DNA of 59,503 nucleotides, the filler included, from Globobulimina sp. (Eukaryota), in assembly GCA_003354225.1 (NCBI GenBank). It is 12 parts of 12 records of this genome, joined end to end, with 100 filler letters (N's around TTAATTAATTAA, not from the genome) between each part and the next. Parts side by side here need not be neighbours in the genome. Positions count along the whole stretch, not along the records: positions 19,884 to 24,752 come from PIVH01000883.1; positions 24,853 to 29,720 come from PIVH01000884.1; positions 29,821 to 34,687 come from PIVH01000885.1; positions 34,788 to 39,652 come from PIVH01000886.1; 8 more parts are not named here. The stretch is one strand, 5' to 3'. Both the position numbers and the translations under genes were made by a program. Positions 23,411 to 35,200 of the stretch are shown in pieces. Within the stretch, counting starts at the first letter, position 1. Every line of letters starts with the position of its first letter. Below the pieces are notes generated by a model that saw only the letters and a program-made list of their open reading frames with translations, had not been told where the DNA came from and did not search any database.

Positions 23411-24752
23411 TCACTTTCCATAATTAATTTGTAATTCTTGTTTTCTTTTCTTCGAACCCTTTGTAGACCACGATGCTGTAAACATTGTTCCATAGAAATG
23501 AAACTCACTAGCAACGTGAAGTGGTTGCCAATGATTCGGTACTACCAGTGTTCCTCACACCTCTCCTTCAGCTTTAATTTTAGGATGGATACTGTCACTG
23601 CATAATATTGGAATTCCTGTCATTTTAACACCAGGACGACAGCAAGATACAAACTGCTTTGGTTTATCACTCAAATCTATTCGCTCATTTTGTTGTGCCA
23701 AAATCCTGAAACAATCCTTAATAAAAACAGCATTATCTGTTGATCGTATATCCATATTCTTTTGCATATAATCAGGTGAAATTCCAGAATTTAGTACAGA
23801 TTGCAATTGTTTATTTACTGCGATGCCATACGTATATTTTAGAATTCTAGCTTGAATAAAATCTTTTTTATTTTTGTAACATGCACCAAAATATGCAGCG
23901 CCGATACAAACAGCCAATGATGGGTTTTGTAGAATTTTTACAGTTAATTTACGATCAGAATTAGCGCCAAATGCTGTTTTCATTCTACATTTTAAATATT
24001 TTGAACATGAAAACCCTCCAACCAATGCTATGAAATTACAATCTTTTACCTTTGGCTCATTTAACAATGTTTCAACATCAGATACTATTCGATCTATAAC
24101 TTTATCAAACATTCTTTTCCAAATTGCAACATCAATAATCAATAAGTCGTCTTCCAGCATAACCGTTTCTTGGTCATATCTATAATATATATTTGTATAC
24201 ATTTAGCAAGATATTGCGGTAATATATGTTATATCACATAACTGTTTTAATTTGACACCAATGCTGGTATTATCACGAGATGCTTTCTTATGTAAAAATT
24301 GAACAAAGTCATATGGTAAATCAACATTATGATATCGGGCATTTTTCTTTTTATAAAACTTTATTTTCGCAGATTGAAAATAATCAATAATTTCCAGATA
24401 TGCATTGGGTGCTAATTTTTGAAATTCAGCAATCCATTGTTCACTAAAAATACTTTGCAATAATTTGATATATTCATCATCAATATAACAACTGCCATAT
24501 TTGCCCCCTGTCGGATAATGAACCTCCTCCACAGAATGTTTACTCACTATTTCATGGCATGCAATGTCGACAGTACCGCCCCCTGCATCAATCAAAATAT
24601 ATTTGTTTCTGTTTGTAAATAAACTTATTTTTTCATCATTATTTGAGTGTTTTTCTTCTTTTTCAGATGATTGTTTTTCTTGTTTAATTTGCTCAAACAT
24701 AGCTAACGCCGCACAATCACTTTCATATACAATTAAACATTGATCTTTAATC
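23411..24752 (-). CDS. HSP70-12 (HSPA12-like) protein, 5' partial; intron near 24182-24240 and in-frame TGA at 23555-23557
   Basis: YILIDAGGGTVDIACHE, TGGKYGSCYID, LVGGFSCSKYL, RILKYTYGI. The frame continues GTLVVP..FHFYGT past the TGA to a stop at 23411. Confidence 0.8.
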
Positions 24753-24989
24753 NNNNNNNNNNNNNNNNNNNNNNNNNNNNNNNNNNNNNNNNNNNNTTAA
24801 TTAATTAANNNNNNNNNNNNNNNNNNNNNNNNNNNNNNNNNNNNNNNNNNNNTACATAATACGTATCTGAGCTGTATCTGAGATGATATGTTGTTTTCAG
24901 AAACTGCTTTCCACACTCGGGTCCTCGAAGTAATGGCAACTAACGGCACTGTGCAATAAGCAGTATAACATTAAACCAAAAAACCAAGT

Positions 24990-27900
24990 ATGCGAAGGCA
25001 CGGTAAGAGAATGCCAGAACGTGAACTGTCGAGTTATACGTTTCACTCAACGACACCAATAGATATCTCTGAAACTGATGTAACATGGCGATACAAATCG
25101 CATTGGAACGATGATGAATGCTTATCACAGCAATTAAACAATATATTAAATCCCGATCTAGACTCACATAATCAAGAAAAAAATATATTATTAATCTTGG
25201 AGAAATTAAATCGCTCTGAAAAAGACACCACCGACAAAGGAGATGCGTTGCAACACACTTTGGACGAAATAGTATATGTAATCACCAATTTTCTAATTAA
25301 AAAACATAAAAAACCAGAAAAAGCAATCAAAAAATTCAAAAAGAATTTTAGCAATGGCTCAGATCTCTGGACATGGCTTGTTCAGCACGAATACGCTGCC
25401 ATTTACGATTCGGACAAATTTGATTTAAAAGAATATATTGGCCATGAAAATGAAAGCAATTTCTGGATAACAATACAAAAACTGATCGTAAAATACTTTC
25501 AAATCGAGATCGAATTACAAAAATCAGCCATGTTAAATTGGCCATGTTTATGGTCGCAAACCTTCAAACAATCATTGTCTATAAAATTGAAAGAGATATC
25601 TCCGGATAAAGCAATCCCATTATCCCCGCATTCAAAAGGCGTAAATGATAGGTTTGACGAAGCGAATCTGCATCACTCTGCAAACAAAACCGCTGAAGAT
25701 TGGTACAAAGAATTTCTATGTAAACGTGACCACAAAATGGATAATAAACAGAAAGTAGCATTTATTAAACAAACCAAACACAGACAATGCGACGGCTGTG
25801 GACACTCCATAAAAACCAACAAATCTGACATAAAATCAGTGATTATTTACAACGGCGGATGGCCACAAGAACAAAAATTTGTTTTTCATGACGAAAATTG
25901 TGTAGTTTGGTGCTATATGTTTCTGTTTTTTGTATGTCGAGAAACGCGAAAATCATTGAAATACGCAGAAAGTGCGAAAATATCTGGAAGCGATCCGGCA
26001 GTTTGTGTTTGATGTCGATATGTACGTACATAAAAACCGTAGAATGTCGCCCTTATCCAATTGGCGAAGACTATTATATTTAATACAGAACAAAGACTAT
26101 GTCCTATCCATCAAACAAAAGATACCCCGGCCACTGAGAGCCGTACACAATGAGAGTTGGGACCAGACTCAGAGTAAAAACCAGGGCATGAAAGGTAAAT
26201 ACCGCACAAATTTCATCCCCAAAACGGAGATTGCGTCGTTTCGCAGACGCCGAAAATTGGCACAGTATCACTTACAAATTGAACTGATTCAAACCATATC
26301 TTTCTTTAACGAGGAACAGTGCGATGACTATTTCCTATGCAATTTACTACCAAACGACATCTATAATGAAAATGTAGATTTCCAGTACGTATATGGCTTA
26401 ACCAACAGCAAAGAAGTGTCGATACCCAAAATAATCCGCTTTATGGACATCCCACAGTTTGGGCCTTCGTTGTTTGTGTATTGTTTGCGTTCGTTAGAGA
26501 TCAAAGACCGATGCGGTTTGTGGATAATAATACAATTTATTATGGCTCATTTACCCACTTCTTCCTCCATTTCGTTATTACAACGGCATAAGAATGAATT
26601 ATTGCGCTTTCCCAAGGACAATTTGAATAAGTTATGCCTGAAAATAATCCAATCCTCGCAATTCCCGATCGCGACCTCATTGTATTTATGCGGTTACATG
26701 TCTTCGTGTTATACCTTGTGTGGTAACGTCGAATGTACAAAGTTTGCCGCGTTGTATACAAAGATAGCCATTCAGCTATGTTTATTTATTGAAAGCGACC
26801 ATTTATTGGCGATATTACTGGAGATTCCGTCCGATATCAGCGAGCTATCCATATTAGACATCTGTGTCCAGTACAAATTGGTGGATTTCTTGTATTCGCA
26901 CAGATTGCGTCCCATATTCAACCAAATGTGGACACAATTTAAATATTTGGATCCTTCGCAATCGTTCCAAATGAAAACGTTTTCCTATTTGCAAATATTT
27001 AACAATTTGCGATTGAGACCGTCGCAATTTTACTATTCGCCGCAAGGCCTCTTCATTACGGAAGTTTTCTATTTCCTGATTTACATCGTCGTATTCACCA
27101 CATTTTTAATGCAATTGTCATATCCGTACAATATCCCCATCACCGACTTGGAGCTCATTTTGTGGATTTTCAACGGCGGCTATTTGATTAAAGAATTCAT
27201 GGAAGCAATTTACAAAAAAAACTCCTACTTATCGCACTTCAGCAAATATTGGGATATCTTGATTGTGATCAATTGGATCATCATAGCCGCCATTCGCTGG
27301 CCGTGGGCGTGGCTCACATGGGACCAATATGTCATATACGAGGAGGAGGAGGAGGGCAATGTGGATGAGGCAGCGACGCGGAACCAACCCCTCACCATCG
27401 CCTATATGAGCTGCGTCGGCATCCAATCCATATTGATATGGACGCGCACCATCCCGTTCTTGCAAAGGTCCGCCAAAACGGGCCCTTTAATCCACACTAT
27501 CTTCAGATTGATATCCGATGTGTGGCAGTTCACCATCTTATTGATGCTGTTCCTCATCGGCTGCATGTTTGCGTTGTATTACATTCTCGGTTCGGACGTG
27601 GACGACGACGCAGATGGCTCTTCTTTGCTGTTGTATATGTTCCAGGCATTGCTGGGTCAGCAGGATTGGGATTTGTTGAAGCCGTCGTTGGGCGAAGACG
27701 GTGCTTTTGGCGTGGAACGGAGCAAAATGTCGCAAGCATTGGTGGTCTTCTTTAGCATTATCGGCAACATCGCCTTATTGAATTTGTTGATTGCTTTAAT
27801 GGCTTCGGTCTACGAACAAAACGCGCCGTTAACCGCAAAACAAGTCAATTATTCGTCCATTCTAAACACCATCGAGTTGGTGGACAAAGAGGCTTTGCTG

Positions 27901-29640
27901 CCGTCGCCATTTAATTTGCTCGTTTTGCTTGCTTTGATCATTTACTTTGTGTTTGAGATTCTCATTTATTTCCTTTGCTGCTCGCGCTGCACATACAACA
28001 TTCAGCGGTGTGCTCTGAATAAGAATTATGCGCTGAACCGGGATTGGGTCCACATGGAAGCAAAGGAGATGGAGCAATTGTTATTGTTGAACACGCCGCG
28101 AATGGAAGAGAGGGAGAATAGGAACAATAAATATGCCTCGATTGGCAATAAACGGTTATCTGAATCCAGCGATGAAGAGTCTGACGATGAGCAGGAAGAG
28201 GACGAAAAGTATGAAGCCGGGCTTGCCGATGACAAACTTGCTGACAATATGCTGTCGCACAAAGACGAGGAAATGTTGTCGAAATATGAAGAGCAGAGAG
28301 AAGTTATTGAGAGGAATTATAAGTTGTGGGAGAAGAAGGAATTCCATTCAATAAAATGTGCGTTGAGTGCTGGCAATGTGGCGAGCAAAATGTATTGCAG
28401 ATTTTGTAGGAATCGGATGAGTTCGAATGGCGATATTAAAGTTTATTTTTTTCTATTTCGCCATTTCAAAGTGTTGGACGAAGCGGACAAGACATTGTTG
28501 GTCAATTTATTGCGAAATAAGATTTTGTGCCCGGCCTGTTTTCGGCCCATCAAATTTTACCAAAAATATGGAGACAGCACAAGGTTGTGGCGGTGGCAGG
28601 TTTCGATGGAAATTATCTCGTTTTATGTGTTTATGCTCGTTGGCTATGCGCCGCTTTTGTTGTTTTTGGTGATTCCGATGATATTCGAGTCGGTTTTGAA
28701 CAGATTCACGCTGTGGACCAGCAATTTGATGAACGATTCGGAAACAAAGGCAAAGTACAAACAGCAGGCACCGCTGAACAGCGACAATGTGATATTTGGC
28801 GGCGGCGACACGGGCCAAAGTGGCGAGGATGGCCAATTCAAACACATTTCGCAGACCATCCACACTGAATATTGCAATTTTATTCGCAACGAAGCCAACG
28901 AGGGCAATAATTATATGATTTTGCCGCAAAAAAAGAATTCGAACAAGCAAACAGCGGCAAATCACAATAATAATAATAATGCGGGCGGCTGCGGCACAAA
29001 TAACGGATTGCCGCAAATCAACGAAGAACATCAGATAATAATGGCGATGAAACCGGTTCACACCAAATTGACGCAAAAAAAGACATATTCGACGGAGTTG
29101 TCGCCGGTCATCGACTCGCCGCTGCCGATGGCGAATAACATGAATCCGAATGCCAACAATAACAGTTTCAAAGAGATATTAATCAAACTGACGGAAATCA
29201 AAAAAGAATTAAACGTTCTTCAAAAACACAGCAAAATGAAATCCGATTCGAATTCGAAAAGAAGAGACTCGAAACCGACGCTAATTAATACGAAGCGGCA
29301 GAGAATGAATCTGAATCACAATGAGAACGAGAACGAGAACGGGAACAATGAAGAATTGTCAATCCCATCGATGCCGTCCATGCCGGAATCATTGCAAACA
29401 ACGCAGGACAGCAATGGTCAGAGGATCCATTATCGGAAACATTTTGTAATGAAACCGAGTCCGAGCAAACAACAACGAAAACACGACGCGGTCATTATGA
29501 GTCAAACAAGTCCGCGGAGGCAACAATCGAATGAATCCGAAGATAGCTATAACCAGCAAGCACTGCACGAGCTGATCGACGATATGTCGGTCAATTCCAT
29601 CCAGACTCAGACGGCCACCACGGTTCATCATAGAAAATAA
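24990..29640 (+). CDS. TRP-like cation channel (~1500 aa); two ORFs joined by a predicted 37-nt intron (25932-25968)
   Basis: Six-TM ion transport core, TGPLI..I.RLISDV..F, S6 ALLNLLIALMASVYE, LLPSPFNLL. A GTATGT...CAG phase-0 intron joins the ORFs in frame. True start uncertain. Confidence 0.8.
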
Positions 29641-30091
29641 TTAATTCTTTTTTTTTCTTTTTCCTTTTTCTTTTTTTTTTCTCACACGTTTTGATTGATT
29701 GCTTTTTGTAGTTTGTTTTANNNNNNNNNNNNNNNNNNNNNNNNNNNNNNNNNNNNNNNNNNNNTTAATTAATTAANNNNNNNNNNNNNNNNNNNNNNNN
29801 NNNNNNNNNNNNNNNNNNNNGAAGTTCGAATTCTAATTGTGGAGGATAATGATGATAACAGTTTCATTGATTTGAATAAAATAGATTCCAGATTGTTAAT
29901 AATGGCATTTGTTATGGCTGTATTGGCATTTTGCTTTGGTTTTGTTGTTAGTTATAAAAGAACAAAAAATAAAGCAGAGTAATATGATATACTCTATAAA
30001 TAATATATGTACTTTATGAAAAACTTTGCCCCTTTTATGTTTTCACAAACAATGGTACTTTGTTAATGATACATTGTAGGATCTTAAAAGT

Positions 30092-30610
30092 ATGCGCACG
30101 ATACATTTAGTCAGCTATTATAAATATTCTTTGCATCAATTGTCACGTCATACATTTGCGACAGCATCTACAAATAACTGGAATAGGACATATTATAAAT
30201 ATTTTCTAGAAATACAATCCCGTGTGGCAGACAATGATATGTTAGGTCATATAAATAATACAGTATATTATTCATATTTTGATAGTGTCGTCAATCATTA
30301 TCTGTATCATTTTGGTGGACAAGACTTGAGCAAGAAAAGTACAAATGCGGCCATTCCATACTGTGTATCGAGCAGTTGCACATTTAAGAATCCATTATCA
30401 TATCCACAATTAATAAACGCTGGATTATCTGTCAGCAAAATAGGAAACACTTCAATTGTTTATGATATCGGTATTTTCAAAGAAGGAGAGGACACTGCAA
30501 GTGCCATAGGAAATTTTGTACATGTTTTTGTCGATGAAAAAAGTGAAAAAGCAAAGGAAATTCCAGAGAAAGTACGTTGTGCAGCGGATCAAATTCTTAT
30601 TGCAAACTAG
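30092..30610 (+). CDS. Acyl-CoA thioesterase (4HBT/YbgC hotdog family), probable mitochondrial presequence
   Basis: R.ADNDMLGHINNTVYYSYFD, IGNTSI.Y..GIF, GNFVHVFVD. Confidence 0.9.
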   Translation: MRTIHLVSYYKYSLHQLSRHTFATASTNNWNRTYYKYFLEIQSRVADNDMLGHINNTVYYSYFDSVVNHYLYHFGGQDLSKKSTNAAIPYCVSSSCTFKNPLSYPQLINAGLSVSKIGNTSIVYDIGIFKEGEDTASAIGNFVHVFVDEKSEKAKEIPEKVRCAADQILIAN

Positions 30611-30719
30611 CATCAATTCAGAAAAGGCTTTCTTAGGATTTCAAACAATTTAGCGTTTTTACTATAATTCCTAGTGTACCTCAAGTGAAGTTTTTTTTCA
30701 AACAAAAAATCAAAAAATC

Positions 30720-31568
30720 ATGGTCAACATCACAATTGAACTGCATTTCATGGTCATATTTCTCTGCGTATCATTAATTTTAACCACTTTGGCTGTGTTT
30801 TTAGTTTTGTTGGGTATTATCATATCATGTCTATTTTATAAAGACCACACAGCAACACCTGATGCAAATTTTAAATATTTTGAAACGACAGCTTTATTAT
30901 CCAATATATTCAACTGTGGCTCATGCATTTGTGTTACAATATATTTTGTGTGGCTGTATGTGGATCCATTAGACCCAAATCTGTTATTTGTGCTTCATGA
31001 ATCTATCCGAATGAGAGTCGCAACCACAGTTTCTTGGTATATTGGTAAAATATTTTTATTTTTAATTTTTAATGGTCGGCTTTATTACCCATTCCGTAGC
31101 AGTCTATATAGCAGCAATAGAAATGCATTTATTACATTGAATGCATTTGTTACAATCCATGCAATATCCTCATTATTGGTCGGTTATATCGGTGTTTTTG
31201 AGCTAAGAAATGAAATTGTAGCGAATATAGGTTTTAATAGTTTCCATGTCATTTGTGCATGTTTATTGATATATTTATCAATACAATTCAATTCAAGAAT
31301 GTTTAGATTATCTGTGTCCAGGATCGAAATGGAATTATCACAGTCCAAATGTAGTGCTGACCCGCATCCACATCCAAATATCGATATCACTGCAAAAGCA
31401 AAAGCCGATACGGATACAGATCCATATTACATCAATAGGAAATTTGTCGGAGTGGTTTCCAGAACGAGATACAGAAACATAGAAAACAGCAAATATGCAA
31501 ACTTTGTTTTTGTTGTTTCAACAATTAAGTTGAGCGATGTACCCTTTTTCTATTTATCCAAGCAGTAA
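30720..31568 (+). CDS. Multi-pass membrane protein, 7TM/GPCR-like, apparently truncated after TM5
   Basis: About five hydrophobic helices, GK...FLIFNGRLY.PF..S.Y; degenerates after about 31470. Confidence 0.5.
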   Translation: MVNITIELHFMVIFLCVSLILTTLAVFLVLLGIIISCLFYKDHTATPDANFKYFETTALLSNIFNCGSCICVTIYFVWLYVDPLDPNLLFVLHESIRMRVATTVSWYIGKIFLFLIFNGRLYYPFRSSLYSSNRNAFITLNAFVTIHAISSLLVGYIGVFELRNEIVANIGFNSFHVICACLLIYLSIQFNSRMFRLSVSRIEMELSQSKCSADPHPHPNIDITAKAKADTDTDPYYINRKFVGVVSRTRYRNIENSKYANFVFVVSTIKLSDVPFFYLSKQ

Positions 31569-31770
31569 AAGGGAAAATGGTAAAATGATAAAATGTTATA
31601 ATTAAAAATCATGAAAATCCATGAATATTTATGCGATATTTGCAGAATCACGATAAAATCCTCAAAATATATGCATAAATACGATATTGGTAGTTGCGTA
31701 ATCAATAGCTTTTTGGTTGTTTTCTTGTATGTGATTGGCCGTTTTAATGGAAGGAATGCATTTAAGTCAG

Positions 31771-31941
31771 AGGTTGAGAAGTTGAGAGGTTCAGAAGTTT
31801 GGGCGTTGAGAGGTTGGGATGTTAGGAAGTTGGTGGATAAAACTATCGTAGAATTGGATTCTTGTTTCATTAATAATTCAACTTCTGAACCTCGCAACTT
31901 CTCAACGCCTAAACTTCCGAACCTCGCAACCTCTCAAACCT
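31771..31941. repeat. Imperfect ~62-bp inverted repeat built from 8-bp units (GAGAAGTT-like)
   Basis: 31771-31832 pairs with 31879-31941; flanked by copies of ttggc(c/t)gttttaat. Confidence 0.8.
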
Positions 31942-32061
31942 TTCAATGTATGTAATTTGGCTGTTTTAATGGATATAGAATTTGGCCGTTTTAATGTATG
32001 TAATTTGGCTGTTTTAATATGAATTAAATTTTAAATGGAGCCAAGTTTGAATTTCTTTGTA

Positions 32062-32278
32062 TACTTTGCCTGTACATTGGTTCAGAGGGTTCAGTTTTGA
32101 GATTTTCAGATTTTTAAAAGTACTCTCAACAGTAACCGTCTAAAATAAAATCTACCCTTATGCATACTCATACAAACACATACAAACGCCAAATTATACG
32201 CGTTTAAAATAAAAAAAATCCAAACCATTATACAAAATCTCAAAACCAATCCTTCCAAACCAATCTACGGGGAAAGTA
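32062..32278. mobile_element. MITE-like element with ~45-bp imperfect TIRs and TA flanks
   Basis: TA|tactttgcctgtacattggttcagagggttcagttttgagatttt ... aaaatctcaaaaccaatccttccaaaccaatctacggggaaagta|TA. Confidence 0.55.
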
Positions 32279-32366
32279 TAGGTCAAAAATCAGAATTTCT
32301 TTGTAGGTCCACTAAAATAATGGGGAATCGGACATTCGGACTTACGTCGGATTGAATTTTTAAAAC

Positions 32367-33449
32367 CTAAAATAAAGTGGATAATGCTTTAAAACTTCCT
32401 TTGGACTGTTCATAGTCATATAATTGCTTACATTGTTTTGTTTTTTCATTCGCAATAACTTTTGCAAATTCATACAATTTTATGTCGAATTCATTTAAGT
32501 CGTACAATTTTTGTTTCACATTTTTCCATTTTTCATTATTCAAATCAAATAACTCTTTGCCTGTTTGCCGTTTAAGTCCAACATTCCGATTTGATAAGGT
32601 GACATTTACAATATTATGACATAATAATTGCACTTTTTGTTGGTCCCATTGTTCCAAAATAATAACAATATCAAATTCATTTAATATATTTTTCGCCAAA
32701 TCATAATGAATGTTTGTTACATTATTTTCTTTGTTAAATGAAATATTGTTAGCAATCATATTCTTTTCCCGATTTCCAGACATCCATATTCCACTTAATA
32801 TTTTTGTGTATATATTGGAGAGGAACTGATATTTGAAATCCTCAATACATTGCAGTATAAAATTTTCATCGTGATATTTTTTTGCAATTTTATTGTGTGA
32901 ATAACATGACCATCCGCCGGAATATAATATGTCGCTCCAAACTCTATGGATTGGATCTCGTAACACAAAAATTAGCAAAACATCTTTCCACAAATCTGTA
33001 TTATAAAATTCTAAGTATGAAAAAGTAAAAAATGGCCCCCATTCTCGTATGATTGCGTTATCTCTGTGTTTCTTGACAGCTAACTTCAATGCATCGAATG
33101 ACCATAAATGGGTTACTCCGATAAGGCGTCCTACTTTACATCCGTGGTTCAGACAAAAACCATTGTTACGTATTAATGCACGAACTGAAGTGCCTCCAGC
33201 TTTTCTAACGTGTTGGAAATATAGAACCGACCAGTTTTTTGGATGAAATGATGGATGCGTTGTAATGGTGTTAACATTGCTAAACGTATCAGTATTTAGC
33301 GCCATATGATGCGGCAATATTAATGCTGTTTCATTTAACTGAGCTCCATTTGTATATTGCAAAATTTGAACAATGCCATATGCACAGAATGTTGTTACAA
33401 GCAATAATGCAATTTTTATTAATTGAGAGGAAGCTAATTTCAGGGCCAT
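32367..33449 (-). CDS. Golgi-type sulfotransferase (Sulfotransfer_2-like), type II membrane protein
   Basis: N-terminal TM anchor, 5'-PSB YFQHVRKAGGTS, 3'-PB LRDPIHRVWS, LNEFDIKLYEFA. ATG at 33449 is the likely start. Confidence 0.85.
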   Translation of the reverse strand: MALKLASSQLIKIALLLVTTFCAYGIVQILQYTNGAQLNETALILPHHMALNTDTFSNVNTITTHPSFHPKNWSVLYFQHVRKAGGTSVRALIRNNGFCLNHGCKVGRLIGVTHLWSFDALKLAVKKHRDNAIIREWGPFFTFSYLEFYNTDLWKDVLLIFVLRDPIHRVWSDILYSGGWSCYSHNKIAKKYHDENFILQCIEDFKYQFLSNIYTKILSGIWMSGNREKNMIANNISFNKENNVTNIHYDLAKNILNEFDIVIILEQWDQQKVQLLCHNIVNVTLSNRNVGLKRQTGKELFDLNNEKWKNVKQKLYDLNEFDIKLYEFAKVIANEKTKQCKQLYDYEQSKGSFKALSTLF

Positions 33450-33676
33450 GTTTTTAGTTTTATTTGAAAAAAACTTTACTAAAGAACTGACTCGCCGGAG
33501 GTTTAAGCAATCAGTGAGCATAAAGCAGGGTTTCGATCCGGCTGGATATGCTCCCGCTACTTGTGACACCTAGCATTAGAGACGATGTATGTATATGTAC
33601 ATTGCAGGTTTGTTTTCGGATTTTTTAAGTAAATATAAAAACAAAATAATAATAAGTAAGAGAGGAGAAATGAATA

Positions 33677-33900
33677 TTACATTTTTATGGCTCGTATAGC
33701 TAACATTCTGCAGCAAGATAAACAAACATAATCACATCCACATTCCGCATCACTGCCATTTGAATATTTACATTTACAAAGAGCGTCATAAGTTGCATCA
33801 AAATATTTGAATAATAATAAAACACAAATTATGTCAACTAATGAATCCAATGCCATTATAATGAGTGCAGAACACATGCTAAAATGAGTTAAATCCAACA
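33677..33900 (-). pseudogene. Orphan C-terminal helix of a 7TM-like protein
   Basis: LIIMALDSLVDIICVLLLFKYFDATYDALCKC followed by a Cys-rich tail; no upstream exons evident. Confidence 0.4.
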
Positions 33901-34040
33901 CAAATCGATGTAAAGTCCATGTGAATGTATCAAGGGAAAATTTCTTGCATGAAAATTCAGAAAATTCCAACTTCTGACATTCTTAAGTCAAAAACATTCT
34001 TCGTCATGACTACATAAGAACCTACACTGAGAAACTACAA

Positions 34041-34210
34041 TAAGACCCTGCACTAAGACCCTGCACTAAGACCTTGCACTAAAACCCTGCACAAAGACCC
34101 TGTACTAAGACCTTGCACTAAGACCCCGCACTGCATATATGGAGGCAAAGATAGGAGGCATAGATAGGAGTCATAGATCGGAGTCATAGATTATAGTCAT
34201 ACATTATAGT
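34041..34210 (+). repeat. Adjacent minisatellites: 13-bp x7, then degenerate 12-bp units
   Basis: taagaccctgcac x7 (34041-34131); ggag(g/t)catagat-like units from 34141. Confidence 0.9.
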
Positions 34211-34438
34211 CGGAAATTATAGGAAGCATTATAGTACCGGAACTAAGCCATATAAGGCTAGTTTCAAGAGAATTCAATGGAATTCAAAAATTCTTTCAAC
34301 CCATAACAGCTATGATTCTCAGGTATGTTTGTACATGAAATAAATTATGCTTTTGCTGTACATGATATTCAGAAACAAAGGCAAACACTACACGTTTTTG
34401 GAATGATTGGTCTATAGATGCATCAAATTAGCTCGCAA

Positions 34439-34687
34439 TATTCACTTTGAATAAAATTCCTTTGAGGTATGGACACATCCAATAAATACGAAACTTTCCA
34501 ACAGAACAGATTTTTCATATCTTGCTTTAAACGTAATTTATTCAGTTGTTTCTTCAAAAACAATCATTTTTTGCTGTATGGTCCATAGTTTGTGTTTCAA
34601 GCAAGATATGAAAAATCTGTTCTGTTGGAAAGTTTCGTATTTATTGGATGTGTCCATACCTCAAAGGAATTTTATTCAAAGTGAATA
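34439..34687. repeat. Perfect 89-bp inverted repeat running into the contig end (fold-back)
   Basis: 34439-34527 is the exact reverse complement of 34599-34687, with a 71-bp loop. Confidence 0.92.
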
Positions 34688-35200
34688 NNNNNNNNNNNNN
34701 NNNNNNNNNNNNNNNNNNNNNNNNNNNNNNNTTAATTAATTAANNNNNNNNNNNNNNNNNNNNNNNNNNNNNNNNNNNNNNNNNNNNTATAACAAACACA
34801 GAACAAACCCAAGACAAACATATAGCAAACCGTTTCTGGATTTGCAAAGCGTTTCTCAGATAACCCTTGAATTAAATGTATACAACTTATCGACCAGGGT
34901 GGGGGGGTTATCTTTTGGAATATATCGTTGAATGAAACTTTAGCCAGAAAACTTTAGCGATGACTAGCTCACTTCAAGAAAATCTTAATATCAGAGAACC
35001 CCTCATAGACGAAAATTTTTACCTTTATTGCATAGATCTTCTTTCATATGCTAGGATCGTGGAAAAATCTATCCTTGCAAATGAACAGCTAAATCAAACT
35101 GAATAGTATATATTTATAATTATATTTTTTTCTGTTCCTCTTTTTTTTGGTTACGACTCTTGCAAAAAGATTTGGGATTTTAATATCAGTAGTAACCAAA

